Source of the DNA: a virus
DNA length: 64,000 nucleotides
IMG/VR virus record: IMGVR_UViG_3300027749_000082
Coordinates: 18,118 to 82,117 of that record
Strand: one strand, 5' to 3'
Under the pieces are notes generated by a model that saw only the letters and a list, made by a program, of their open reading frames with translations, searched no databases and was not told the origin of the DNA. The translations under genes and the position numbers were made by a program. Positions within the stretch are counted from its first letter, which is position 1. Every line of letters begins with the position of its first letter. This document shows positions 1-10,900 of the stretch, in pieces.

Positions 1-52
1 GCGAATCTGTACCTCTTCTAATTTTGAGCTTAACAATTGTAATATCAGGCAT
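1..52 (-). CDS. 5' fragment of a probable tail fibre / virion protein (runs off the window start)
   Basis: Manual translation MPDITIVKLKIRRGTDS. KIRRGT is a common phage fibre N-terminal motif. TAAATA box on the minus strand at 60-65. Confidence 0.55.
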   Translation of the reverse strand, partial: MPDITIVKLKIRRGTDS

Positions 53-168
53 ATAATTTTATTTATGTAAAAAAACGAGTATAAAGAGTGTTGATATTTT
101 TCTCTGACACTGTATACTATATATGGTGTCGCTATCTTCATTATTTATAGTAGTCAAATAAGAAAACA

Positions 169-846
169 ATGAAAAAAGTAGTAGTAATTGGTGGTGGTGT
201 AGATGTAACCTCTAAACAACGAGGTGAATTTCTTAATAATACATTTGATGAAATTATTATTATGAAAAGATCTATATATCATCTTGAATCACATAAAGAT
301 TATATCGGTATACCTACAATATGGGTTAATGGTGGTAGAGAGTGGCGTAAATATGATTGGATTACATCAGAAGTAGAAGAAAGACTTTTATGGCGTGAAA
401 AATATGATAAGAATATTAATATTACTCTACAACATAAAGCATACGACATATTAGCTGAGTCAAAAATAAGAGAAGTGTGGTTAAATTACTTAGATAGAGC
501 AGATCATTACCCCTTTACACCACCTAATAATATTAATATAAAGTGTATATCAGGATTAAAAGATATACACAAAGAAGCAACATATTTTTGTTCAGTAGGA
601 CTTCAAACAATTGCATACGCAATAAATCAAGGCTATGAAGTATATTATTTTGGTATTGATTCTTTTCTTAAAGGGCATCATTACTACCCTGAATCAACGT
701 ATACATTTATATCACCTGAAAGTTTAGATCCTCAGGATGTTATGGATTACACCCATAAGTGCTCTAATTATTTACGTGAGTATAAAGAGATAAAAAAATT
801 AATTAAAGAAGGTAAACTTAAACATATTGATACTATATGTACTTAA
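169..846 (+). CDS. Putative glycosyltransferase, sialyltransferase (GT29/GT42)-like
   Basis: N-terminal VVVIGGG and C-terminal SVGLQTIAYA...VYYFGIDSF...HHYY resemble sialyl-motif regions. Lies next to another GT. Confidence 0.45.
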   Translation: MKKVVVIGGGVDVTSKQRGEFLNNTFDEIIIMKRSIYHLESHKDYIGIPTIWVNGGREWRKYDWITSEVEERLLWREKYDKNINITLQHKAYDILAESKIREVWLNYLDRADHYPFTPPNNINIKCISGLKDIHKEATYFCSVGLQTIAYAINQGYEVYYFGIDSFLKGHHYYPESTYTFISPESLDPQDVMDYTHKCSNYLREYKEIKKLIKEGKLKHIDTICT

Positions 847-1508
847 ATAATAAAGTAATGATTGGTTATGATGCTCGTGAAGATGCAGCATATAAAGCGT
901 GTGTAAACTCTTTACACAAAAATTCATCTTGTACTATAGATATTACACCACTCAAACAGGATAAACTTACACAGCAACAAATTTATAAACGCTTACCTGA
1001 CCCATTATCTAGTACAGAGTTTACATTTACACGATTTTTAACACCTTTTTTATGTGAGTATAAAGGTTGGGCAGTTTTTTGTGATTGTGATTTTATCTTT
1101 ATTGACGATATACAATCTCTATTCGAATTAAAAGATGAAAAGTATGCTATTATGTGCTGCAAGCATGAATATAAACCTACCGCAACACATAAAATGGATA
1201 ACTGCAAACAGCATCTATACCCTAGAAAGAATTGGAGCTCACTTATACTGTGGAATTGTAATCACCCTAAAAATAAACTAGTAACTCCAGAGTTAGTTAA
1301 CACTCAAACAGGTCAGTATCTACATAGATTTATGTGGTTAGATGATTCAGAGATTGGTTCTCTCCCATTAGAATGGAATTGGTTAGTAGGTTGGTATAAA
1401 GAACCTCAAGACGGTAAACCTAAAGCATTACACTTTACAGAAGGTGGTCCGTGGTTTGATAATTATAAAGATTGTGAGTATAGTGATGTATATAACTTAT
1501 ATAAATGA
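837..1508 (+). CDS. GT-A glycosyltransferase (GT8-like phage family)
   Basis: IGYD.RE, STEFTFTRFL, DCD (DxD), YPRKNWSS, EWNWLVG and HFTEGGPWF motifs. Confidence 0.8.
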   Translation: MYLNNKVMIGYDAREDAAYKACVNSLHKNSSCTIDITPLKQDKLTQQQIYKRLPDPLSSTEFTFTRFLTPFLCEYKGWAVFCDCDFIFIDDIQSLFELKDEKYAIMCCKHEYKPTATHKMDNCKQHLYPRKNWSSLILWNCNHPKNKLVTPELVNTQTGQYLHRFMWLDDSEIGSLPLEWNWLVGWYKEPQDGKPKALHFTEGGPWFDNYKDCEYSDVYNLYK

Positions 1509-2341
1509 AAAAAACAATTACACAGGTTAGAGATATACAGTATAACTTAGAGGAATCTATTAATTTATTAACTTCTTTAAAGAGTATTGAAATTAATCCT
1601 GTAGAAGCGTGTACACGTAAGTGTAGTTTTTGCCCGAGAAGTAATCCAGAGCTATACCCAACAACCAATAAACGTATTACTCTCGAAACGTGTGAGAAAA
1701 TTGCTAAAGATCTTCATAAAATAAACTATATAGGTAGAGTTGGGTTTGTAGGTTTTGGAGAACCACTATTACACAGACAACTTGAGCAGTGTATTGCTAT
1801 TATACGTCAGTATAATCCAAAAATAACCTATATAGAGGTTATAACGAATGGTGACTTACTTACAACAACGAGAATTCAATCATTATACGAGGCAGGATGT
1901 AATTTAATAGCTGTTAGTATGTACGAATATGATATTACAGAGCGTGTTGAAACACTACGTGGTAATATACCTATAGAAATAGTATATAGACATCATTACG
2001 ATGTAACTAAAAGCTATAACTTAGAATTAGTTAATAGAAATGAAATAACATTCGGTAAAACATATCTTAATATAGAATCACCGTGCTATATTCCGTTTTA
2101 TAAAATGTTTATTGACTGGAATGGTGATATCTTAACATGTCAAAACGATTGGTCACGTACATTAACATTCGGTAACATTAATATCGAGTCTATTAGTAAT
2201 ATATGGTTAGGTCAGCAATATAATGCGTTTAAAAATACTCTTAAGACAGGAAAACGTACTATTGAGCCTTGTAACAAATGTAATGTATGCGGTATTAAAC
2301 GTGGTGAAGCGGAATTTAACTTATTTACCGAGAGTAGGTAA
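1505..2341 (+). CDS. Radical SAM protein with SPASM/twitch domain
   Basis: CTRKCSFC (CxxxCxxC), GEPLL, TNG; C-terminal CYIPF...DWNGDILTC...CNKC. Confidence 0.9.
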   Translation: MKKTITQVRDIQYNLEESINLLTSLKSIEINPVEACTRKCSFCPRSNPELYPTTNKRITLETCEKIAKDLHKINYIGRVGFVGFGEPLLHRQLEQCIAIIRQYNPKITYIEVITNGDLLTTTRIQSLYEAGCNLIAVSMYEYDITERVETLRGNIPIEIVYRHHYDVTKSYNLELVNRNEITFGKTYLNIESPCYIPFYKMFIDWNGDILTCQNDWSRTLTFGNINIESISNIWLGQQYNAFKNTLKTGKRTIEPCNKCNVCGIKRGEAEFNLFTESR

Positions 2342-3061
2342 ATAATTATGTCTTAATTGTTTTTTCTTCTCAATTAATTTAAGCATCTGCATACTATCTG
2401 TATCTAACACGCATCCTGGTATATTAACCTCAACACAGTCGTGTATAGTATCAGGTATTGGAGATATACCACATAAAACATCGCGTAATAATAGTGAATG
2501 TTTATACCAAGGTATTAAAAAATTACTACTACCTTTATATGTATTATTATAAAACACCTCTATATGATTAACAACAGTTGTATTGGTAAGTATAGATGTC
2601 ATGTTAGCTAACATCTCTTGTGTTTTTTTAGTTTTACGTAATATAGCAACACCTGCATCACAAATATTCGTAGGTGATACTATTTTTGTAAGAGCATGAT
2701 CTTTAATCATACTAGCTGCTCTTTGTAATCGACTACTTACCATAAATGCATCCGGATCCAAATATATACCTACATCATCATCCGTAAGAGTATGTAGAAA
2801 GTGAACCCATGCACCTACTTGACTACCTGTAACATTAAGATACTCGTAATTATACCCGCAAAATGCGTCCTTAAGAGTAATAGTTTGTATGTGTAAGTTA
2901 CTATTATTAAAATATTGTGGAATATTAGTAACAACTGTAATACTATTAAAGAATTTAGTGTGTATTTTAGCCCATAAAGGTATTAACTCCTTAGAATAAA
3001 ATTCTTTTACATACTCAGGGCAGCTATCTACTACAATAAACGAGGTAAATAGATGATTCAT
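2321..3061 (-). CDS. Putative nucleotide-diphospho-sugar transferase
   Basis: YLDPDAF (DxD-like) after a beta-strand, plus DAGV motif; located in a GT cluster. Confidence 0.4.
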   Translation of the reverse strand: MNHLFTSFIVVDSCPEYVKEFYSKELIPLWAKIHTKFFNSITVVTNIPQYFNNSNLHIQTITLKDAFCGYNYEYLNVTGSQVGAWVHFLHTLTDDDVGIYLDPDAFMVSSRLQRAASMIKDHALTKIVSPTNICDAGVAILRKTKKTQEMLANMTSILTNTTVVNHIEVFYNNTYKGSSNFLIPWYKHSLLLRDVLCGISPIPDTIHDCVEVNIPGCVLDTDSMQMLKLIEKKKQLRHNYLPTLGK

Positions 3062-3978
3062 AATGTATTATATAGTTCTAAATCAAACAATGTCAATCTA
3101 TGAAACACTTTACCGTTAAATGTATACTCTTTTAGCTTATACCCCCTATATTCTGGTGTATTATTTAATAATATAAAATTTCCTGCAGCAGCAACTACAT
3201 CTAAACATAATAACTCTTTCACCTTATTAAATTGATTACACACATCAGTAAGGATATTTTGATTATGTAAAATATAATCAGCAAACTTTAAAGTTACACC
3301 GTTCAAGTACATAGGTCTAAATTGGTTTAGCCTCGCTATTAAAGTAGTATTGCTACTAATACAAAAACCAAGACGCATACCAGTTAATAACCCCATTTTA
3401 CTAAATGTTCGAACTATAATAAGATTGTATGGTAGATTGTTTAAGTTAATTACTTTAATAGGGTTAATATATGCTTCATCAACAATTACATATTTATATT
3501 GCTTACACAATTCTAATATTTCATTAGTATTAAACGTGTAACCCGTGGGATTATGAGGAGATACAATATACAACCCCGTATGTGATATATCCTTATTTAA
3601 AGTAAGATCTAAAGAGAATTCTGTTTCAAAATTAAAGGGTATTTGTATTAAATCTTTATTATATAGTTTACAATAAAATGTAAATAATTCAAATGTTGGT
3701 AATGTAGTTACCCATTTATTGCAATCTAATGTTTCAATTAGAGTCTTTAAAACAAATTCAGATCCATTATTAACGTGTATATTATCACTAGTACAAGTTA
3801 TAGCTTGTGCTAAACGTTTAATTACAGTAAACGGTGATGCATAACTATAGATATCTAAAGCAGTTACCTTAACATTTTTTAGTACTATATTTATAAGTGA
3901 TGGGCACAAGCACTCATTTTTATCTAATCTAAGATTAGAATGTGCATATAAAATTGGGTTTCGATTCATTTTGATCAA
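3058..3978 (-). CDS. PLP-dependent class I/II aminotransferase (HisC/CobD-like)
   Basis: NGS, PTF, SPHNPTG, VDEAY and RTFSKMGLLTGMRLG (PLP lysine) motifs. Confidence 0.85.
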   Translation of the reverse strand: MIKMNRNPILYAHSNLRLDKNECLCPSLINIVLKNVKVTALDIYSYASPFTVIKRLAQAITCTSDNIHVNNGSEFVLKTLIETLDCNKWVTTLPTFELFTFYCKLYNKDLIQIPFNFETEFSLDLTLNKDISHTGLYIVSPHNPTGYTFNTNEILELCKQYKYVIVDEAYINPIKVINLNNLPYNLIIVRTFSKMGLLTGMRLGFCISSNTTLIARLNQFRPMYLNGVTLKFADYILHNQNILTDVCNQFNKVKELLCLDVVAAAGNFILLNNTPEYRGYKLKEYTFNGKVFHRLTLFDLELYNTL

Positions 3979-4555
3979 TATATCTAATTATTTCAGAAAG
4001 ATAAGATAATGTTTCATTAAACATAGGAGGATAAGCTTTAAGTACCTCTATAATACTATCTGTTGTTTGTAATAATGTTTGATATCTATCCTTTGCACGA
4101 TTAATTGCTAAAATTAAATTTTTACTTTCATACATATCTAAATCATCATCATTCTTAATAAAATCTAAATTAACGCTATATTCCCTTTCAACATTTAACC
4201 ATATATTTTCTTTAAGTTGTAATAGTGTGAGTTGATCGAGAGTATTAAATTTAAAACCTAAAGATCGTAAAGTATGTAATATATGATATATTTTAACAAC
4301 ATCATAAGCATTTGCAATTAAAATAACATCATCTTCATTAAATAAACTTTCCTCTGATAGTCTTTTTATGTGCTCAACCTTATAATTAAAATACGATAAA
4401 AATAAATCATTATATTCATAAAGTGTATAATGTAAAGGTAGTTCTATATTACAAATACTATTAGTAAATATATCTCTAAATATAATAGTGTTATTAGAGT
4501 TACTTATTAATTCCCCACGATATGTTATATTTTTAAGTATTAACTCAATATACAT
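3935..4555 (-). CDS. Hypothetical protein
   Basis: 206-aa ORF packed in a minus-strand operon; no motif recognised. Confidence 0.6.
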   Translation of the reverse strand: MYIELILKNITYRGELISNSNNTIIFRDIFTNSICNIELPLHYTLYEYNDLFLSYFNYKVEHIKRLSEESLFNEDDVILIANAYDVVKIYHILHTLRSLGFKFNTLDQLTLLQLKENIWLNVEREYSVNLDFIKNDDDLDMYESKNLILAINRAKDRYQTLLQTTDSIIEVLKAYPPMFNETLSYLSEIIRYIDQNESKPNFICTF

Positions 4556-4557
4556 GT

Positions 4558-5190
4558 TTAAAACGCGGAAGGGTAAGTTAACGACCCACTATTATAATTA
4601 ATAATAACAGGTATAGCAGCAGATGTCCAGTTAGAGTTAAGATCCTGTATAATAATATTATCAATTCGATCTGAATTAGCGACCTGATATGTGTTAGGTC
4701 CATTATAAGGTATAGTAGTATTATCACTATTTCCAAACAACCCACCTACAGTCATCGTAACGTTAATAGCTGTATCAGAAACCACGGTTGTTGTACTTCT
4801 AATAAAAACATTACTGCTACTATATACTGATAACCTTAATTTAAACACTCCTCCTACTGACTTAGCATAATTTGTATTTATTGTAGCGATAACTGTACCA
4901 TCACCTGATCTAGAATACTTTTTCCATGATTCGGAAGTTGTTTTTATATCACCTGATAATATAAAATAATTTTTTGCTTGAAATAAGTTACAAATATCTC
5001 CGTATCCAATAATGTTATAGTTTGTAACACTAGCTCTATCCGTTACAGATTTAGACGGTTCATAATAAAAATTAAGATCAGTTAAACTTAACCCAACTGT
5101 AAAATTTGTAGATGATGCTGTAGTTGGTGAGTATCGTGGTTTAAAAATATTATCTAAATCTGTTTTATTATACTGGAAGTTAGACGACAT
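4558..5190 (-). CDS. Probable tail-fibre tip/adhesin protein
   Basis: Directly follows the S74 fibre. Three N-terminal xNF/Y...xDL/I..F/Y repeats; S/T/N-rich beta composition. Confidence 0.45.
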   Translation of the reverse strand: MSSNFQYNKTDLDNIFKPRYSPTTASSTNFTVGLSLTDLNFYYEPSKSVTDRASVTNYNIIGYGDICNLFQAKNYFILSGDIKTTSESWKKYSRSGDGTVIATINTNYAKSVGGVFKLRLSVYSSSNVFIRSTTTVVSDTAINVTMTVGGLFGNSDNTTIPYNGPNTYQVANSDRIDNIIIQDLNSNWTSAAIPVIINYNSGSLTYPSAF

Positions 5191-5193
5191 ATA

Positions 5194-5964
5194 TTACTTA
5201 GTTTGTACTAATATAGTTAATTCTTTAATAGCTTCAATTAATAGTGATGTAATTCGACCATAATCAATAGCAAGTGGTTCACCCTGTTCATCCTTTAGAA
5301 CGAAATCAGGTGCAACTTTATTAACTTCTTCAGCAATAAGTCCAGTATCACTCTTACCAGTTTCCTTCCAATCAAACGTTACACCTTCAAGCTTTTGAAC
5401 AATCTCAAGTGCATTTATAATAGGCTTAACGTTTTCTTTAAATCTAATAGAAGATGTAGAATTAAATGTAGGTGCTGTAACAGCATAATTACACTGAGTT
5501 GGTCCATTAATTGTAACACCAGCACCTTGAGCTCCTGTTACTGTACCACCTAAATAAACCATTCCTGTTCCAAGGCTAAAAGAAAAAGGTTTAAAATTAT
5601 TAGGACTACCTAACTGACTATTATAGTTTGTTAGTAATATATTAAAATTAGAATTATCGTTTTGCATTATTACACCATAATTACTACTAACATAACGATC
5701 TTGACCATGACCAGTACTGTAACCTGTTGTTATATTTTCACTATTAGATATAAATCCTCCTGTACTTGTAATAGAGCCTACAGATGAAAGTCCTCCGGTA
5801 ATCGATAGTCCATTACCTTTACGTCCGATAGAAATAGCAGATGTATTACCGAGTCCATCATAAACAATTGATTGACCTACTGCAGGTAGAGAGCTACCAT
5901 TTGCGTGTAATACACCAGCGTATGTATCACTAATCTTTGTCTGTGTTAATTTAATACTAGCCAT
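5194..5964 (-). CDS. Tail fibre protein with C-terminal intramolecular chaperone (peptidase S74)
   Basis: SSIRFKENVKPI...GVTFDWK...GLIAEEV...IDYGRITSLLIEAIKEL is the S74 signature. Confidence 0.88.
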   Translation of the reverse strand: MASIKLTQTKISDTYAGVLHANGSSLPAVGQSIVYDGLGNTSAISIGRKGNGLSITGGLSSVGSITSTGGFISNSENITTGYSTGHGQDRYVSSNYGVIMQNDNSNFNILLTNYNSQLGSPNNFKPFSFSLGTGMVYLGGTVTGAQGAGVTINGPTQCNYAVTAPTFNSTSSIRFKENVKPIINALEIVQKLEGVTFDWKETGKSDTGLIAEEVNKVAPDFVLKDEQGEPLAIDYGRITSLLIEAIKELTILVQTK

Positions 5965-5986
5965 CTTATTATTATATTTATACTGA

Positions 5987-7951
5987 TTATTCTATTATTA
6001 ATGTATTGCTTGGATCACCACTACCTGCATTATAAACAGGTGCAATTTCATCACCCTTATCAGGTTGTGTTAAAGTAATTAACTGTAACTGTAGATCGTA
6101 TATCTTACGTATTGTTCTATTGATTACCCCTGTAATATTTTTTTCATTATCATGAATAAAATATTCATAGTTAGTGTTATTATATAATTGTGTTAAATCT
6201 ATATTATAATTATAATCATTGTATATAAAAACTTTTAAAGCGTCATATGAACCTGTAAATCTACCTATAATATTATTTTTTAAATTAATTATATCATACA
6301 TTAACTTATAGATCTCCTTATTAAGAGAGCTACCCTGTATATATTCATTTGGATTTAGTGTAAACACGCTACCAAAATTATCAAAATTAGGTAGTTTGAG
6401 AACTGTTTTTACTAAATTTGGTTCTTTAAAGTAATAAATCTTAGTTTGCGATATAAAAAATAGTTTATCATAGTTTGAAGTTTGTGATGTTATCTTATAA
6501 CCTGCTAATACATCACTAAATACTCCGTTTTTAGTTGGAGCTTTATTTTGTATAGTATCTATTACCACAGATGTATCCCAGTTAAATAACGCGTTACCCC
6601 ACTGCATTGTAGCGTAATTCCAGTAGTTATTAACCTCATAGTGTGAGACAGTAGGGGCTTTAACATTTGCGAGTAGTTGCTCCGTCTGATAGCCTCCCTG
6701 CACAGAAGTAAGTTTATTTGTAAAATATTTATATACAGTATAATTAGTACAAATATAAAAGTGATTACTATCATTATAGGAAAAAGTAATATCATTTACA
6801 TACTCATCACTACGTAGAGTAACTGTTAATATTTGTGTATTAAGTATATCAAAGCATTGATCAAGTATGTATAATTTAAAACCTGTACCGTAATATGTTA
6901 ATATATATAAAAGATCGTAAAGCTTATTAAATTCTATTGCTGCAAGAGGCTCACTTTTAAAATTTATTTTTGTAATCCTTGCTTTAAAATTAAAATCTAA
7001 ATCATATATCTTAACAACTCTATTATATGAATCATTTACTGCTATGTAATCATTACCCGCAGCTATTTCCTTAGGTTGATTAAATAAAAGATTATCCTGC
7101 GCTCGACCTCTACCACCAATTATTTCGAGTAGATTGCGTTTGTTAGCTAAAACTGTATCTCCGTTTATATATCCGCTTATATCATACTTTAAAACTGTAT
7201 CATTACCTGTATCTGTTACATATAAATTATTATTAACAACTGCCATACCACCAATACTCGAAAATGTTAATATATTTTCTTGGGTTTGTGTCTGGTAATA
7301 TGGTGAAGTTTCAATAATACCAATAGATTGATCATTACATGAAAGAGTTATTATAGATGTATCTGTATAGGCAAATATTGCTGCGTGTGTCTCATCATAC
7401 GTATAATTTACCGGTACAAATCCTTTTATATCTGATATAAACTTAAAATTATCTGTATTTATAAATTCAATAGTATTGTAAAACGATCCAGAAAGTACGC
7501 TTAAAGAAGTATCTGTAACATTTAATATACCAGCATACTTAAGAATAGGGCTCGAAGGTAAATTAGAGTCTGTAACAAAAAATCTTGAGTATGTATAAGT
7601 TGTATTATCCTTTATTTTTGATAACTTATCTTTTAGTAAATCATAATTTAAGAAATCATTTGCTTCTATTAATATATCATTTAAAGCATAAGGTAAAGTT
7701 ATATTATCATTAATTGCTCTATCAAAAAAGAACTTAGAGCAAAGTAAATCTGTCTTGTAGGTGTTAAGACGTTCAAGAGGTTGATTTAAAGTCGGATCTG
7801 ATGTTATGCATTTTAAAGATAAATCTCCTATAGTACTTGCGACATACGGTACACCGCTTAAAACCTCTACATAACCCTCATAATTTGAACCGGTTAAAGT
7901 AAAAAGTCCCGTTTCAGCGTAAAATCGTTTGTAGTCACTATATTTTATCAT
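5987..7951 (-). CDS. Virion structural protein with NHL/beta-propeller repeats
   Basis: LYVTDTGNDTVLKYD and FNQPKEIAAG..IAVNDSYNRVVKIYD are NHL-like repeats. Confidence 0.6.
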   Translation of the reverse strand: MIKYSDYKRFYAETGLFTLTGSNYEGYVEVLSGVPYVASTIGDLSLKCITSDPTLNQPLERLNTYKTDLLCSKFFFDRAINDNITLPYALNDILIEANDFLNYDLLKDKLSKIKDNTTYTYSRFFVTDSNLPSSPILKYAGILNVTDTSLSVLSGSFYNTIEFINTDNFKFISDIKGFVPVNYTYDETHAAIFAYTDTSIITLSCNDQSIGIIETSPYYQTQTQENILTFSSIGGMAVVNNNLYVTDTGNDTVLKYDISGYINGDTVLANKRNLLEIIGGRGRAQDNLLFNQPKEIAAGNDYIAVNDSYNRVVKIYDLDFNFKARITKINFKSEPLAAIEFNKLYDLLYILTYYGTGFKLYILDQCFDILNTQILTVTLRSDEYVNDITFSYNDSNHFYICTNYTVYKYFTNKLTSVQGGYQTEQLLANVKAPTVSHYEVNNYWNYATMQWGNALFNWDTSVVIDTIQNKAPTKNGVFSDVLAGYKITSQTSNYDKLFFISQTKIYYFKEPNLVKTVLKLPNFDNFGSVFTLNPNEYIQGSSLNKEIYKLMYDIINLKNNIIGRFTGSYDALKVFIYNDYNYNIDLTQLYNNTNYEYFIHDNEKNITGVINRTIRKIYDLQLQLITLTQPDKGDEIAPVYNAGSGDPSNTLIIE

Positions 7952-10900
7952 TTGAAATCAATAAATTGTATATCGTTAATTTTAATACCCACTGGTAAAG
8001 CTGATGCTGTCTGATCGAGTATTATATTTTTGATGTTATTTTTAAAATCGGTATTAGTTATACCAGCATTCTTAACGTAAATATTTATACTTTTAGAACT
8101 CGATACGGGCGAATACTTAAAGTATCTCTCTATCTCTTCTATATTACTTCTTTGACCGGAAGGTATTGATATAACTAAATTATCAATAGGGTCTTTATTA
8201 ATATTTAAAGCAAATATTTCATCTGTTTTAAGCGCTCTATCATATATATGACAATTACGTATACTAGTATTATTTAAATAGTAATACCCAGGTTGTTTTA
8301 AGTATGTTGCAAGATCTAATCCATTAACAATACCTACAGCACCGAGATATAAGTCTTCAGATAATATTTGTTGTATATTATATTTATTAGGAGGTATTGT
8401 TAAGTTTTTATATATAATACCGTCAATAAATAAGGTAATATTACCTTGCCTACTATCAAAGCGATATGTAAATGTATGATAACCTATATCAAGATCTTGT
8501 AATGATAATTCTATATTTTGTTGAAGTGTATCTTCGGAGGATAGATAATTGGTGAGTGTCATATTAAATGACAAATCTGTACCGAGAGCCTGAATTTTAT
8601 TAAAGTTTGTTAAATTATATCTTTTTCTAATAGCAGATGTATCAGAAACATACTGACCTGTTATACCTAAGTCTACTTTATTAGGTGCAGTTTCAACATT
8701 AGTTATATTACTTGTAAGAATATTCTGAACAACTAAATTACCTACAGGATGTATATCAAGATTACTACCAGATAACATTAAAATAGTAGCGCTCTCATTT
8801 AAGCCTGTATCTGTATATTCACGAATAATATCAACGTGTATATTTTTATAAGGTCCAGCTCCAACAGGATCTACTGTTGTTCCTGATAATACATAAACCC
8901 GATTTGAAGTATATTGATACCAGTTAGTATCCGTTAATATAATAATATTATTATCTGTTGTTAAAGCAAAGTCATTAATAGTGCTTGATGTATCAAATAG
9001 TGACCGCGCGGTATTTGTAATTAAATTATAGTACCATAGTTGCTTATTATGAAGTAAAAAATAGATTTCATCTGCATTTTTATATTTAAATCTTTCACCG
9101 GGGATACTATATAATATATTATTATAGATAATTAAGCTTCTATGCTTACCCTGAATAGGTTCATTAACATATAATGGTAATAGTGTTGCATATACCGTGG
9201 TATAATTAAAGGTAAACTTATTTACTCGTACAACTACCCCAGTTATATCTAATAAAAAATATATATAATTATCATCTTGTGTATAATTTTTATAACTAGT
9301 AATAGGTATAACTTCTTTTTTTAACTTATTACCTAATTCATTAACTTTGTACAATAATCCGTTATTACATATTACAAAAAAATCATCAAGAGGCTTATAA
9401 ACTATAATATCTCTTACATCTGTATCAAAGGTAATAGTCTTAATCAGTGTATAATTAGTATTATATATATAAACAATATTATCTTGATAAAGCGTTATAA
9501 AGGGAGTTACTTTAGTATCATTGAGAATTGTAAATTCTCTACTAGAGTTAGCTAAGGAGTATCCAATAGGTGTGCCAGGGTTAACAAAAAGATCAAACGA
9601 GATAGTAAATTGTGAAGAGCAATTAACTGGATCTTTAATATTAAATTTATTATATTTTGTACCATCGTAAACTATACTATCACTAATATAAGGTATAGCT
9701 ACATTATTAGTTGTATAATAGTTAGAGAAGCCACTAACTAAAGGCATTGTATTTATTAAAGCATTTTGAATATCGTTACTATCTATCCTCGAGTAATAAT
9801 ACCTTGTGTTAGGCTCAATCGTTAGATCACTCTTTTTATCAAATATAAAATTTGATGTTCTACTAGGTGTATAGTAAATGGAGTCTATAGGATCTAAAAA
9901 AGAAGCAGAATAAGCAGGTGTAATACTAGAAGATAATGCTGCTTGTTTAGATATCCTATCAGGATAATAATATCTATCTACCCACATTCCCATATTACTT
10001 GCACCACCAGATAACCATGTGCATAAGTATCTACCGTTTTCGAATGTAGTACTTTTAGCACGTGAACGATATATCTTATCTGCTAGTAATGGAGATGTAG
10101 AAGGTAAACTACCGTTATATATAAATTTTGTATCGTTAATATTAAGCTTTTCGTATGGATATAAAGAAGACGGAGTTACAAAGTATGTATCTCTACCGCT
10201 ATATACTTCTATATCTTTATCATACCAAGTATAAATTAAAGAGATATGGTCATCTCCCCTTTCTTGATCATTACCTGTTCGTAATGTTGTATATTCTCTA
10301 AATAATGTGCTTGGTATATTTCCTTCATTAATCGTAGTACTTGCTCCACGCTTAATAAAACCTTTTTCTGATCTACTATTATCTAAAGCAATATGATTTA
10401 ATTCAATTGTATCACTAACCTCGTTATAATTTGTGTGTAGTATGTATTGATTAGTTTTATCAAAATCACTTTTTTCATTGTTAATACTTAGTGTATTAAC
10501 TTTATTAGTATTATAACTTATCCAGCTTGTATTTAATTTAGGGTTAATCGTCTCGTAATTATAATATACTCTAAATAATTTATTAACTCGACCAAATGAT
10601 GCACATAATACATTAACAAGTGTTAGGGATGTACCAGATAAGTTAACAGCAAATAGTGTATTATTATACTCTTTATATAATTGTAGGTAACCTGTACTAT
10701 CTAATTGATATTGGAAAATATCATCTCCTTCATTACCTGCTGGTATGTATGTTGATATACTAGGTATAAATTGTAAATTATTTTGATTAATTACATTTAA
10801 CACATAATAACCGTTCCCTGCATTATGTAAAACTCTTAAAACCTTATTATTAATAAAACTTAATTCAAAAAAGCTACCTGAATTATTATAATCAACAGTA

